NCBI GenBank assembly: GCA_040904565.1
Contig: JBBDTI010000075.1
Span: forward strand, 32,001-96,000
Length of the DNA stretch: 64,000 bases
Direction: 5' to 3'
DNA from: Rhodothermales bacterium
GTDB taxonomy: Bacteria > Bacteroidota > Rhodothermia > Rhodothermales > VXPQ01
Shown here: one piece after another, positions 39,624 through 48,609 of the stretch
How positions within the stretch are numbered: position 1 is the stretch's first letter
Layout of the letters: each line of letters starts with the position of its first letter
Program-made: the position numbers and the translations under genes
Notes under the pieces: generated by a model
Seen by the model: the letters and a program-made list of their open reading frames with translations, nothing else
The model's database searches: none
Told to the model about the DNA's origin: nothing

Positions 39624-40181
39624 TCAGGCATTTTTCAGGACGTTCACCAGCGAAAACTCACTGATGAGCGCCTCGCTGAAGGCTCCGAGATCGGCGGGCG
39701 TACGGCTCGTGATGAGACCGTCGTCGACGACCACGGCCTGATCCACCCAATCTGCTCCCGCGTTCACCAGGTCCCTTCGGATAGCGGGATAGGAGGTAAG
39801 ACGCCGGCTGCGCACGACGTCGGCATCGATAAGGATTTGCGGCCCGTGGCAGATGGCAGCTACGGGTTTCCCGTCCCCGAAAAACGTGCGTACGAAATCT
39901 ACGGCGTGCTCGTTCATGCGAAGCGTATCGGGATTCATGACGCCGCCCGGCAGCAGCAGCGCGTCGAAATCATCCGACTCGGCCTCGGCGAGCGTCAGGT
40001 CGACCTCCACGTCGTCTCCCCAGTTCGACCGATCCCATCCAGTGATCGCATCCGAAGTTGGAGCGACAACGACCGGCTCCGCGCCGGCTGCTTCCAGCGC
40101 ATTCCGGGGTTCGATGAGTTCCACCTGCTCAAAACCATCCGTGGCGAGAACGGCGACGCGGATTCCATCCAGATTCGGCAT
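39624..40181 (-). CDS. PfpI/DJ-1 family deglycase/protease (YhbO-like)
   Basis: GFEQVEL..P, LLLPGG, AAICHGP, TSR.P.DL. Confidence 0.93.
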   Translation of the reverse strand: MPNLDGIRVAVLATDGFEQVELIEPRNALEAAGAEPVVVAPTSDAITGWDRSNWGDDVEVDLTLAEAESDDFDALLLPGGVMNPDTLRMNEHAVDFVRTFFGDGKPVAAICHGPQILIDADVVRSRRLTSYPAIRRDLVNAGADWVDQAVVVDDGLITSRTPADLGAFSEALISEFSLVNVLKNA

Positions 40182-40529
40182 GTGTGCGGTTTATCTCTCG
40201 AAAAGGTTGATCCGATATTTTCGCCCGTCGTCCGGCGATGCGGGGATACCGTACTGCAGTCGTTCGAACGCACGGCTCGTGATCGATCGCATAACGCATG
40301 TACGGACGCGAACCGATCATTACATGGGTCGCTCTCCGGGCGTGTTCCACAAGAGCGGCGTGCCGAAAGCAACGACGGCGTGACATCTGGCCGTCACGCG
40401 CGGCGCGCGATGAATGTGTGCCGTACGTACGGTTGATTCCGGTGAACCGTGCGTATCTATTACGCGGCCGGCCATACGCCGAGGTATGGCGAGAAGGAGC
40501 AGAATCACCGAACGCGCGATACGAGTACC

Positions 40530-40772
40530 GACGTCGAGCTCTATTATGATGGATTCGGTGACAGCTCCATTAACTTCGTCGTACGCTTCTGGATCGACTA
40601 CAGGAACCACAGTGACTACCTTGGGGCACGCAGCGACGCCATCAAGCGAATCAAGAAGGCCTTCGACGAGAACGGTATCACGATTCCATTTCCGATACGT
40701 ACGCTCGATTTCGGCGTGGTCGGCGGTGTGAACCTGGATGAGGTGCCGGCGAAAGGAAACGGAGGACTCTAG
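40530..40772 (+). pseudogene. C-terminal fragment of an MscS mechanosensitive channel
   Basis: GFGDSSINFVVRFW..AIKRIKKAFDENGITIPFPIRTL; no TM or beta domain upstream, and the preceding in-frame sequence is unrelated. Confidence 0.8.
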
Positions 40773-41716
40773 ACGTCGAGATAATTAGACGAGGAGTCAT
40801 CCGGTTTGGCGTGCGTGTAGCGACTGGTGGTGGCGAGCGATTTATGACCGAGCGTTTCCTTTACGAGATGCACGGGCGCGCCTTCATCCAGCGAATGTGA
40901 TGCGTGAGCATGTCTGAGCCAATGCGGTGACACCGCGTCTGAAAGTCCGGCCGCTCTCGCAGCCTCCTTGACGATTCTCCAGATCTGCTGCCTGGACAAA
41001 ACACCTCCTTTTCTCGAGCGAAATACGGGATCTTCCGAGCCGCCAAATCCGCTGCTCCGTTCGGCCTCGCGCAGCCTCGTGAGCGCATTCCACGTTGGAG
41101 GCGAAAGGAGAATACTTCGATTCTTGTCTCCTTTCCCGCGAACCATGATCTGCCCCGTCGATTCACCGGAGGAAGACTTGCGTGGTGTGGCGGACCGCCA
41201 CCGGAGAGCATTCAGTTCAGAAACACGGCCGCCGGACGCATAAAAGAGGCGTATCAGTACGCGATCTCGCTGCTTGTCGACCGCCTCCAGTAGCCGTTGC
41301 ACGGCCTCCTGGTCGAGTATTCGTTCAGCCAGGTCGTCGGCAACAGTGGGCGTCTTGATGGCGGCCCCAACGTTGAAGACGAAGTATCCAATCTTTTGAC
41401 CGAAGGAAAACAGGCTCTTTACAGTGGACAGTTTGCGAGCGATCGTAGCTTGCGCCAACCCACGATCGAACAACTCATCGGACCAGTCCTGAAGGTCCCG
41501 CAGCGTTACGTCGGAAAGATCTGCGTCGTTAAGAGCTTCGTCGACGAATGAGAGGAATTGCGTCAGATCTCGCTCGTAGGCCTCTTGTGTACTGTCGCTT
41601 TTCCCATGAAGCCAGAGGCGGATCAGTTGTTCGTCGTCGTCCGCCTCATTGCGATGTCGAACGCTACGATCTCGAACGACTATCTCCGTATCTTTATGAC
41701 TCGAAAGAGATTTCAT
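40769..41716 (-). CDS. Xer-like tyrosine recombinase
   Basis: N-terminal SAM-like LWLHGKS.STQEAY; intact catalytic set R (GGRVSE), K (GKGDK), HWLR, LGH, Y (TSRY). Start ATG 41716; the alternative ATG at 41776 lies inside the palindrome. Confidence 0.93.
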   Translation of the reverse strand: MKSLSSHKDTEIVVRDRSVRHRNEADDDEQLIRLWLHGKSDSTQEAYERDLTQFLSFVDEALNDADLSDVTLRDLQDWSDELFDRGLAQATIARKLSTVKSLFSFGQKIGYFVFNVGAAIKTPTVADDLAERILDQEAVQRLLEAVDKQRDRVLIRLFYASGGRVSELNALRWRSATPRKSSSGESTGQIMVRGKGDKNRSILLSPPTWNALTRLREAERSSGFGGSEDPVFRSRKGGVLSRQQIWRIVKEAARAAGLSDAVSPHWLRHAHASHSLDEGAPVHLVKETLGHKSLATTSRYTHAKPDDSSSNYLDV

Positions 41717-41767
41717 GGCATCCTCAAATAGAACCGGCAATCCGGGGTACGTCGCGCCCCGTTCTGA

Positions 41768-41795
41768 ATGTAACATAATTAGTGTTATGTTACAT
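41768..41795. other. Symmetric dif-like recombination core site (11-6-11)
   Basis: ATGTAACATAA-TTAGTG-TTATGTTACAT: perfect inverted arms; the right arm is one base from the canonical XerD arm TTATGTTAAAT. Confidence 0.85.
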
Positions 41796-42138
41796 AAGCA
41801 AGCCGGAGTGGCCTAAATAAGGCCTGCACAACGGGTTCGGGCCATCGCCTATATGGTACCGGTCACTCATCGTCACTATACGCGACGCATCGTCACTCTT
41901 CGTGAAGCGTCCTCCGGCATAGCGAACGCTCGGCACCATGTACCGTGGTACAACCGGCCCGGGTGTATCGGCACCTGCGAGGCCACGTTGTGTTGGGTCT
42001 AATTGGGTCCGGCTGGGCCTGGCTGGACGGAGCCGAATTGAACCACGCCGTACGGAGCACGCGAAAAGGTGCGCTCCAGGTGCGATCCGGCGGCCGGCTC
42101 GGGCAGACCGTTCTATTGCGATGACCTCACGTTCTACG

Positions 42139-43344
42139 TTAAGTGCCCTTCGCGTCCGCTGCAGCCACGTCCGCCGGATAGCGGAAGCTGGCGGCGAGGC
42201 TCCGGTTCGTCGGCATCGTATCGGATATCAGGGCGTGGACCGTTCCGCCATGCTTTACCGTGTGCACGGCGGCGAGATCGAGCAGGTCTTCATCACCTGT
42301 TTTATGCTCGTCGTGCAGCTCGACGGAGTTGTTGTCGGCATCGTAAAATCCCCATAGATGCGAACCCATTTCGACAAACAACGTGTCGATGCGTCCGTAG
42401 ACGGCCGCGGGGATTACTTCACGGATGTCATCGGACGCAAGTCGATCGCCGTTTCCAAGAAGCTGCATGAATCTGTCGAGTGCAGCACGCTGCGTCTCCA
42501 TGAACCGCGGCTCAACGATGTCCCACGCTTTCGCGTGCATTTCCTTCGGTTTCAGGTGATCGGGATTTCCGGCGACGATCGAATCGTCGACGAGATTGCC
42601 GTATCCGTTCACTACCCGGTAGATCGGCAGATAATATTCTACCCCTGCCAGTACGAGCGGCGCCGAGTTCTCTCGCAGCACGTTACGCACTCCTTCATCC
42701 ACGCCATGAAAGAAGCGGATCAATTGATCGTGCGGACGATGCGGTTCGTCGTCGGAGTTGACCCCGTGGCCGTGAAATATGGCATCCTGCCTACCACCGG
42801 CCACGTTGGCAGTACGGTTCTGAAGCGACCGCTGGAATTCCTCCTTGGCGAGGACGTCGACCAGACTCTCCGGAAGCTCCTTTGATTCGATTTCGCTCAT
42901 GCTGTAATGCGTACCTTGAAAGAGACGCACCTTGTTCTGACTGAGTGCAAGCAGATAGAACTCATTGTTCGCTGCCAGAAGCGGAAAGAGCGGCTTGATG
43001 TGAAATCGCTTGCCCGTAAAGACAAATTCGTCGAAGTCGACGGGCAGGCGGTAGAACCGGGCCTCATCGGGCGTCATGAAGGCCGCAAAGCCGTCACTCT
43101 GATCGAGCCAAAACGAAGGGCGCTCCGTTAACGTAGCCAGCGGCTCGAGCAAGGCATCGATCTCCGCATCGCGATAGCCCTGCTCGGCTAGCTCTCGCCG
43201 GGCTGTCTTGAGCAGATTCTTTAACCGAATCGGATTCTGTGACAGCTCGGATTCGACGTGATACGTAGGCATGTAAATCGAAACGCAGGGCTCGCCTTTG
43301 AGGGCCGCCAGTTCCGTGAGTTGCTCCTTACTAAAGAGATCCAT
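42139..43344 (-). CDS. Bacterial archaeo-eukaryotic release factor homolog (baeRF3/baeRF7-like)
   Basis: PCVSIYMPT, IRLKNLL, FHIKPL.P, LALSQN..RL, FHGHG, PLVLAG, AA..GRIDTL, EDLLD.A...GG.V. Confidence 0.8.
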   Translation of the reverse strand: MDLFSKEQLTELAALKGEPCVSIYMPTYHVESELSQNPIRLKNLLKTARRELAEQGYRDAEIDALLEPLATLTERPSFWLDQSDGFAAFMTPDEARFYRLPVDFDEFVFTGKRFHIKPLFPLLAANNEFYLLALSQNKVRLFQGTHYSMSEIESKELPESLVDVLAKEEFQRSLQNRTANVAGGRQDAIFHGHGVNSDDEPHRPHDQLIRFFHGVDEGVRNVLRENSAPLVLAGVEYYLPIYRVVNGYGNLVDDSIVAGNPDHLKPKEMHAKAWDIVEPRFMETQRAALDRFMQLLGNGDRLASDDIREVIPAAVYGRIDTLFVEMGSHLWGFYDADNNSVELHDEHKTGDEDLLDLAAVHTVKHGGTVHALISDTMPTNRSLAASFRYPADVAAADAKGT

Positions 43345-43630
43345 ATGCGTACACGGTTTGAGATAAATACCGGCAAAGCTACATGGGTTAATATGCAATT
43401 CCGCGGATTAGGTTTGATCGGGCCGTGTGACGTTGATGTGAGACTCGACCGCTTCGGTCCGCACTCTCGCGGTGTCCCGGACCCGGCTACAGTCAGGATG
43501 CGGCATCCCGCACAGCTGGAATGGAAGCGGCCGGACCGCCAGGCGGCTGCGGGCGTATCGATTGCGGGGATACCCTACATTTTCTTACACGACGTCGCCG
43601 CTTCGAAGTAGCTTTTCGCGCTCTAATCGC

Positions 43631-44332
43631 ATGGAAGACCTAACACAGTGGGTACAGTATTCCGACCATCTGTTCGAGCACGCCGTGCGTATCGCCGTCG
43701 CCCTGGTGTGTGGGCTCATGCTCGGTATCGAGCGCGAGCGCAAGGATAAACCTGCCGGAATGCGAACGATTCTTCTGATTACGCTCGGAGCGGCGCTGTT
43801 CATGATCATGAGCAACATCGTCACCGTGGCGTACGAATGGCCGGTCGAGACGCGGGTCGACCCATCCCGTATTGCCGCAGGGGTCGTGACCGGCATCGGT
43901 TTTCTGGGTGCCGGCACGATCATCCAGGCGCGCGGCTCGGTCCACGGTCTTACGACGGCTGCCGTCATATGGGTGTCGGCAGGCATCGGAATGTGCGCCG
44001 GCATGGGCTACGCGGCCATGGCTTTTTTCTTCACGGCGATCGTCCTGCTGACGCTCATCGCCATGGATCCGCTGCGTCACCGGCTTGCTCGCTTGGGCAA
44101 CCGGTATGAGTTGCTCGTGATTGCACCGAATGATTCGCTCGTGCTCGAACGGATCCGCTACGTTCTCCTCGGCCACGACGTACACGACGACGACGTTGAA
44201 CTCCGCGTCATCCCCGAAGACGAGCTCGAGATCGCCTTCGTGTATTTCGGATATGGCGGCGCCGCCCTGCGTCTTCTGGAGGCGCTCGCCCGTATCGAAG
44301 GCGTACACGGCAGGCGCACAACCAGCGAATAA
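43631..44332 (+). CDS. MgtC/SapB family membrane protein
   Basis: GIERE..KPAGMRT, DPSRIAAGVVTGIGFLGAG, VHGLTTAA.IW. Confidence 0.93.
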   Translation: MEDLTQWVQYSDHLFEHAVRIAVALVCGLMLGIERERKDKPAGMRTILLITLGAALFMIMSNIVTVAYEWPVETRVDPSRIAAGVVTGIGFLGAGTIIQARGSVHGLTTAAVIWVSAGIGMCAGMGYAAMAFFFTAIVLLTLIAMDPLRHRLARLGNRYELLVIAPNDSLVLERIRYVLLGHDVHDDDVELRVIPEDELEIAFVYFGYGGAALRLLEALARIEGVHGRRTTSE

Positions 44333-44377
44333 CGAGTTTAACCCGCGCGCGCATTCGATCGCCAATCAACTCTTCTG

Positions 44378-45316
44378 ATGGAGCCGTTCCTCATTCTCAC
44401 CGGACCAACCGCCGTCGGCAAGACGGCATTGAGCATGCAGCTGGCCGCCGAGCTCGACGCTGAGATCATCTCAGCCGACAGCCGCCAGGTGTACCGTGAG
44501 CTCAATGTCGGGACCGCCAAGCCGGATGAACAAGACCTGCAAAGGGTGCGACATCACTTTATTAACGAACGGTTCCTGGGCGAAGCCTTCACAGCAGGGA
44601 TCTTCCAGCGTGAGGCCTACGCACGAATCGAGGACGTGCTCGATCGCGGCCGAACGCCCCTCATCGTGGGCGGATCGACGCTGTACCTGAAGGCGCTCAA
44701 GCACGGGCTGGCGAACATCCCCGACATCCCGGAGGACGTGCGCGCCGACATCCGGAAGCGGCTGGACGACGAAGGACCCGAAACGCTCTACGCCGCGCTG
44801 CAGTCCGTCGACCCCCAAGCCGCCGAGACCATGGATCCGACAAAGTCACAGCGCATCGCTCGAGCCCTCGAGGTCTATGAGGCCACAGGTACACCCATCA
44901 CGGCGTATCACGACGAGCAGCCTCCTCCCCCCTATGCCTTCCTGACTGTCGTTCTGCATCGAGATCGACGCCAGCTCTACGACCGCATCAACCGCCGCGT
45001 CGACCGTATGCTTGACGACGGTCTCATCGAGGAGGTCCGGCAGCTTCTCGACGCCGGGCACGACCTCTCGATCAACCTCCTCCGGACCATCGGCTACAAG
45101 GAGCCGGTCGCGTACCTGCGCGGTGAGATCTCCCACGACGAAATGGTTCGGCGCATCAAGCGGAACACCCGCAGATATGCCAAGCGGCAGCTTACGTGGT
45201 TCCGCCGGGACGAGGACAACGTGTGGGTCGACGCCGCGGCCGATTCCAACGATCTCCGATCGGACATCCGTCAGCTGCTCGCACAGGCATCCGACGTCAG
45301 CTCGCCCGCCTCGTAG
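44378..45316 (+). CDS. miaA: tRNA dimethylallyltransferase
   Basis: GPTAVGKT, SADSRQVY, GTAKP, VGGSTLY, RIARALEV, IGYKE, TRRYAKRQLTWF. Confidence 0.97.
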   Translation: MEPFLILTGPTAVGKTALSMQLAAELDAEIISADSRQVYRELNVGTAKPDEQDLQRVRHHFINERFLGEAFTAGIFQREAYARIEDVLDRGRTPLIVGGSTLYLKALKHGLANIPDIPEDVRADIRKRLDDEGPETLYAALQSVDPQAAETMDPTKSQRIARALEVYEATGTPITAYHDEQPPPPYAFLTVVLHRDRRQLYDRINRRVDRMLDDGLIEEVRQLLDAGHDLSINLLRTIGYKEPVAYLRGEISHDEMVRRIKRNTRRYAKRQLTWFRRDEDNVWVDAAADSNDLRSDIRQLLAQASDVSSPAS

Positions 45317-45472
45317 AGCCGGATGCGAGGTGCACAACTCCATCTCCCGGCTGGATCACGACCGTCACGTCGTAATCGACATTCACGTTCGACATTCGGG
45401 TAATCCGTACGACCGTCACGTCCACCTTCCGCCCCTGCTGCCGCCTCGAACGGTTCACCCGCCGCGTCGATT

Positions 45473-45500
45473 TTGACTTCGTAAGACCGATCGGTATACT
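45473..45500 (+). promoter_or_regulatory. Sigma70-like promoter for tetR
   Basis: TTGACT (45473-45478), 16-bp spacer, TATACT (45495-45500). Confidence 0.6.
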
Positions 45501-45598
45501 ACAGGCCGAGCCCACTATACCGATCTGTATAGGACAACGCTGCCGTAGCTATACAGATCGGTATTACCCTCGAGAAAACGAGCTATACAGATCGGTAT
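45484..45598. promoter_or_regulatory. Array of four palindromic TetR-type operators
   Basis: AGACCGATCGGTAT (45484), ATACCGATCTGTAT (45517), ATACAGATCGGTAT (45551 and 45585); spacing 33, 34, 34 bp. Confidence 0.8.
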
Positions 45599-45617
45599 CA
45601 TCAGACGGTCACGCCCC

Positions 45618-46340
45618 ATGAATGAGATGACGAATGAAACGACCGGAAGTGGAGGCGGCACCGATGAAAGAGGTGGCGGAGCGGGTGACGGCCGCGGAGC
45701 CCACGTGGAAGACGCCGCGCGCAACGCGTCGGAATATTTCCAGGGCGACGATGCCGGGGCACCGCGTGAGCGTATCGTTAGTGCGGCGTCGCATTTATTC
45801 CGACGCTTCGGATTTCGTGCCGTCGGCGTCGATTTGATCGCCAAAGAGTCCGACGTTGCGAAAATGACGATGTACCGCTATTTCGATTCGAAAGACGACC
45901 TGATTGTGGAGTTCTTGCAGCGCGAGGACCGAAGCCTGCGAAGCTGGTTGCATGACGTCACGTGTCAGGTTGATGGATCGGGACCAGCACTCAAGGCGTT
46001 TTTCCGGGCGCTCGAGTCCAGGACGCTCGACCCGAAGTGCTTCGGATGTCCTTTTCAGATCGCCGCCACGGAATTTCCCGATGCCGATCATCCCGCTAAT
46101 CGGCAGGCGCGCAGGCACAAGGCATGGATGCGGGAAGTGATTTCGGAGTGGGTCCGGCAGACGGGGCGGCGCAACGTCGAGGAAACGACGGAGCAGCTGT
46201 ACGTTCTCGTGGAGGGGGCCTGGGCGCGAGCGAGAATGAACCTCGGCTCTCCGACTCGAGGATACCTTGTGGAGGGGGCCCTTCTCCTCCTCGAGGGCGG
46301 GCGCTTTCTCGAGGCTATCGCGCGCTCAACGCCGGACTGA
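45618..46340 (+). CDS. TetR/AcrR family regulator (NemR/ComR-like C-terminal domain)
   Basis: RERIVSAA..LF...GF.AVGVD.IA..S.VAKMTMYRYF.SKDDL; CFGCPF..A.EF; start uncertain. Confidence 0.92.
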   Translation: MNEMTNETTGSGGGTDERGGGAGDGRGAHVEDAARNASEYFQGDDAGAPRERIVSAASHLFRRFGFRAVGVDLIAKESDVAKMTMYRYFDSKDDLIVEFLQREDRSLRSWLHDVTCQVDGSGPALKAFFRALESRTLDPKCFGCPFQIAATEFPDADHPANRQARRHKAWMREVISEWVRQTGRRNVEETTEQLYVLVEGAWARARMNLGSPTRGYLVEGALLLLEGGRFLEAIARSTPD

Positions 46341-48149
46341 GAGCACGAAGAGTGACCGATGGTGAATGAATCCTCCCAGATCTTCAGCTGACTCGACGTC
46401 GAGACCCAGTCGTTTGAATGTTGCCAGCCACTCGTAGTGCGTCCGGTACGCGTACTGCTGAGCGCGCATGGATCCGTCGGATCGTACCTCGTTCGCCATC
46501 CTATCCAGCCAGCGAAGGGGTCTCCGCTCCCACCGATGGCGGTACGTCGATTCGAGGACGACTACGTGTCGCCGGACTACACGCACGCTCTCCAGAAGCA
46601 GCCGCTCCGGATCCTCGGCATGGTGCAAGACGAACACAATGACGGCGGCGTCGAACGAGTTATCCGCGTAGGGGAGCTCCCTCCCGTCGTATACGCGGTA
46701 CGGTAGATCCGTCCGGTTCATATCGACGACATCAACGAGATGTACATCGATCCCGAATGTACGGGCAAGTGACGCAGCGACGTACCCTTCTCCGGCGCCT
46801 ACATCGACGATCGACTCATCGTCCACGAGCACGTTATGCAACAGATCGACCTTGGCCGCGGCCCGGGCGCGGACGATCGGATCGAACAGGCGGCGGCGGT
46901 ACCGGTACGCCCCCAGGAGGGCCCATCCCCCCCAGCCGAGGATCACCCAGATCCAGTAAGGGCCATCGACGTAAAGCAGATACGTTCCGAGCGACAGCAC
47001 GCCGAGCCAGATCCAGTGCCAGGACGGACGCTGCGCGGGCGCCACGAGCACGAGAATGCCGAGCAGGTACCAGGGATGCACCGTTGTCGCCAGGACGAAG
47101 AAGAGTCCGATCGTGAGGGCGAAAGCCCTGCGTGGACTCCAATCCAGTTTCCAATCGAGCACATAGAGTGCCGGCAACAGTACGAGATACAGGACCTGGA
47201 ACGCCGGACCTAATTGCTTCGACCAGTCGAGTCCGGTAGCCGCGCGGAAGATCTCCTTGACGGCATAATACGGTCCGGCATTGAATTCGAACAATCTCAC
47301 ATACAGGTCGAGCGACTGCCGTACGTTTCCGAGCACGTCGGCGTGGAGATACGGAGATGCCAGCAGCACCGCCGTTCCGACCCCGGTGACGACGGATCGC
47401 CAGCCATATCTACGCCAGACGAACGGCAGGAGCACGAACGGATACAATTTCACCCATCCCGCACAGGCGATGCTCGCCGCCGCCCATCCGCCCCACTTCT
47501 TCTTGTGCAAGGCCACGATGGCAACGCTGAGAAAGAAGACGGCCGCCGCCTCTCCGTGTGCCTGTCCGGCACCGGCAATCAATACGAGCGGATTCCAAGC
47601 ATACAGAAGGAGCCGCCGTGGCCGGAGGATACGAGACAGAACCAGCACGGCGGCCAGTTCGAAAAGAGCCAGGATACCCTTGATGACGAAGTACGAGACC
47701 TGCCATCCCTGATCGTAGAAGATCGCGCCGACGCGGAAGATGAGCTGAGAGACAGGGGGATAAACGGTATAGTAGTGCGCCGAGTTGAGGCGCTCGAAGA
47801 TCGGCTCGTCGCGAAAGACAGCCATCTCGTCGTCGGACGGCACGTGCAGGTAGGGATTGTATCCCTCTAGCTGGACGACACCGTCCCACACGTACCTGAA
47901 AGCGTCGTCGGAAAGAATGGGAGGAAGCCAAACGACGGCGAGGCGCAGGACCACGGCGACAGTCAGCACGTGGACCATGGAGACGTCGTTTCGCCGCCAG
48001 ACGAGGACGGTGAGCACGCCGACGGCGCATGCCGCGGCTACGAAGACGGACCAGGTCTCCGGAGACGCAGCGAACCAGCCCATGCCTGCGGTCGCGAAGA
48101 CGAGCAGGACGAGCAGCATCCACGTTCCGCGTGACGGCCTATCCGGCAT
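46326..48149 (-). CDS. GT-C fold (GT87-like) membrane glycosyltransferase fused to a class I SAM methyltransferase
   Basis: SDDAFRYVWDG, TVYPP, YAWNPL, VKLYP, VHPWY; C-terminal VDVGAGEG..YDG.ELPY.DNSFD..FVLHH. Confidence 0.8.
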   Translation of the reverse strand: MPDRPSRGTWMLLVLLVFATAGMGWFAASPETWSVFVAAACAVGVLTVLVWRRNDVSMVHVLTVAVVLRLAVVWLPPILSDDAFRYVWDGVVQLEGYNPYLHVPSDDEMAVFRDEPIFERLNSAHYYTVYPPVSQLIFRVGAIFYDQGWQVSYFVIKGILALFELAAVLVLSRILRPRRLLLYAWNPLVLIAGAGQAHGEAAAVFFLSVAIVALHKKKWGGWAAASIACAGWVKLYPFVLLPFVWRRYGWRSVVTGVGTAVLLASPYLHADVLGNVRQSLDLYVRLFEFNAGPYYAVKEIFRAATGLDWSKQLGPAFQVLYLVLLPALYVLDWKLDWSPRRAFALTIGLFFVLATTVHPWYLLGILVLVAPAQRPSWHWIWLGVLSLGTYLLYVDGPYWIWVILGWGGWALLGAYRYRRRLFDPIVRARAAAKVDLLHNVLVDDESIVDVGAGEGYVAASLARTFGIDVHLVDVVDMNRTDLPYRVYDGRELPYADNSFDAAVIVFVLHHAEDPERLLLESVRVVRRHVVVLESTYRHRWERRPLRWLDRMANEVRSDGSMRAQQYAYRTHYEWLATFKRLGLDVESAEDLGGFIHHRSLFVLSVRR

Positions 48150-48561
48150 AGAAGATCAATCGGACCCTTCTGCCTCCGTTTTCGAAATTGACCTCGTCGG
48201 CCATCGACTGCATGAACAGAATTCCCCTTCCCCCTTCACGAAGCAAATTTTCAGAGGCGCGCGGATCTTTGGTCATCGCTGGATCGAACCCCGTACCTTC
48301 GTCTTCCACGACAATCTCTACCTGTTCGCCGTCGGCTTCGATCCGAAAATAGACGTTTTTTTCGGCGTCGAATTTGTTGCCATGCTCGATGGCGTTCGTT
48401 ACGGCTTCCGTGGCAAGAAGAACGATCCGGTAGGCCAGATCGTCGTCGGACACCCTCGGCCCAAGAAATGCTTCCGTACGATCGACGACCCTTTGGATGC
48501 TCTTCAGGTCGCTTTTTAATACTAACTCCATCGTACCGGAAGGGAAGGGCTCGTTCGTCAT
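48139..48561 (-). CDS. Anti-sigma factor / Ser-Thr kinase (RsbW-like HATPase)
   Basis: EAVTNAIEHGN, DEG.GFDP, GGRGI; GGAGGT RBS before ATG 48561. Confidence 0.9.
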   Translation of the reverse strand: MTNEPFPSGTMELVLKSDLKSIQRVVDRTEAFLGPRVSDDDLAYRIVLLATEAVTNAIEHGNKFDAEKNVYFRIEADGEQVEIVVEDEGTGFDPAMTKDPRASENLLREGGRGILFMQSMADEVNFENGGRRVRLIFYAG

Positions 48562-48609
48562 AAGACCTCCGGAGAGGATGAAGAGAATACTCACGTATTT
48601 AGCTCAAGT

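Noticed and set aside
40769-41795. Integron (IntI/attI) interpretation
   Set aside because: The recombinase lacks the IntI-specific insertion, no attC-like cassette array is visible, and the site is a symmetric dif-like palindrome.
45484-45598. Mini-CRISPR interpretation of the four repeats
   Set aside because: Repeats of 14-18 bp and spacers of about 16-20 bp are too short, orientation is mixed, no cas genes are present, and a TetR gene is adjacent.
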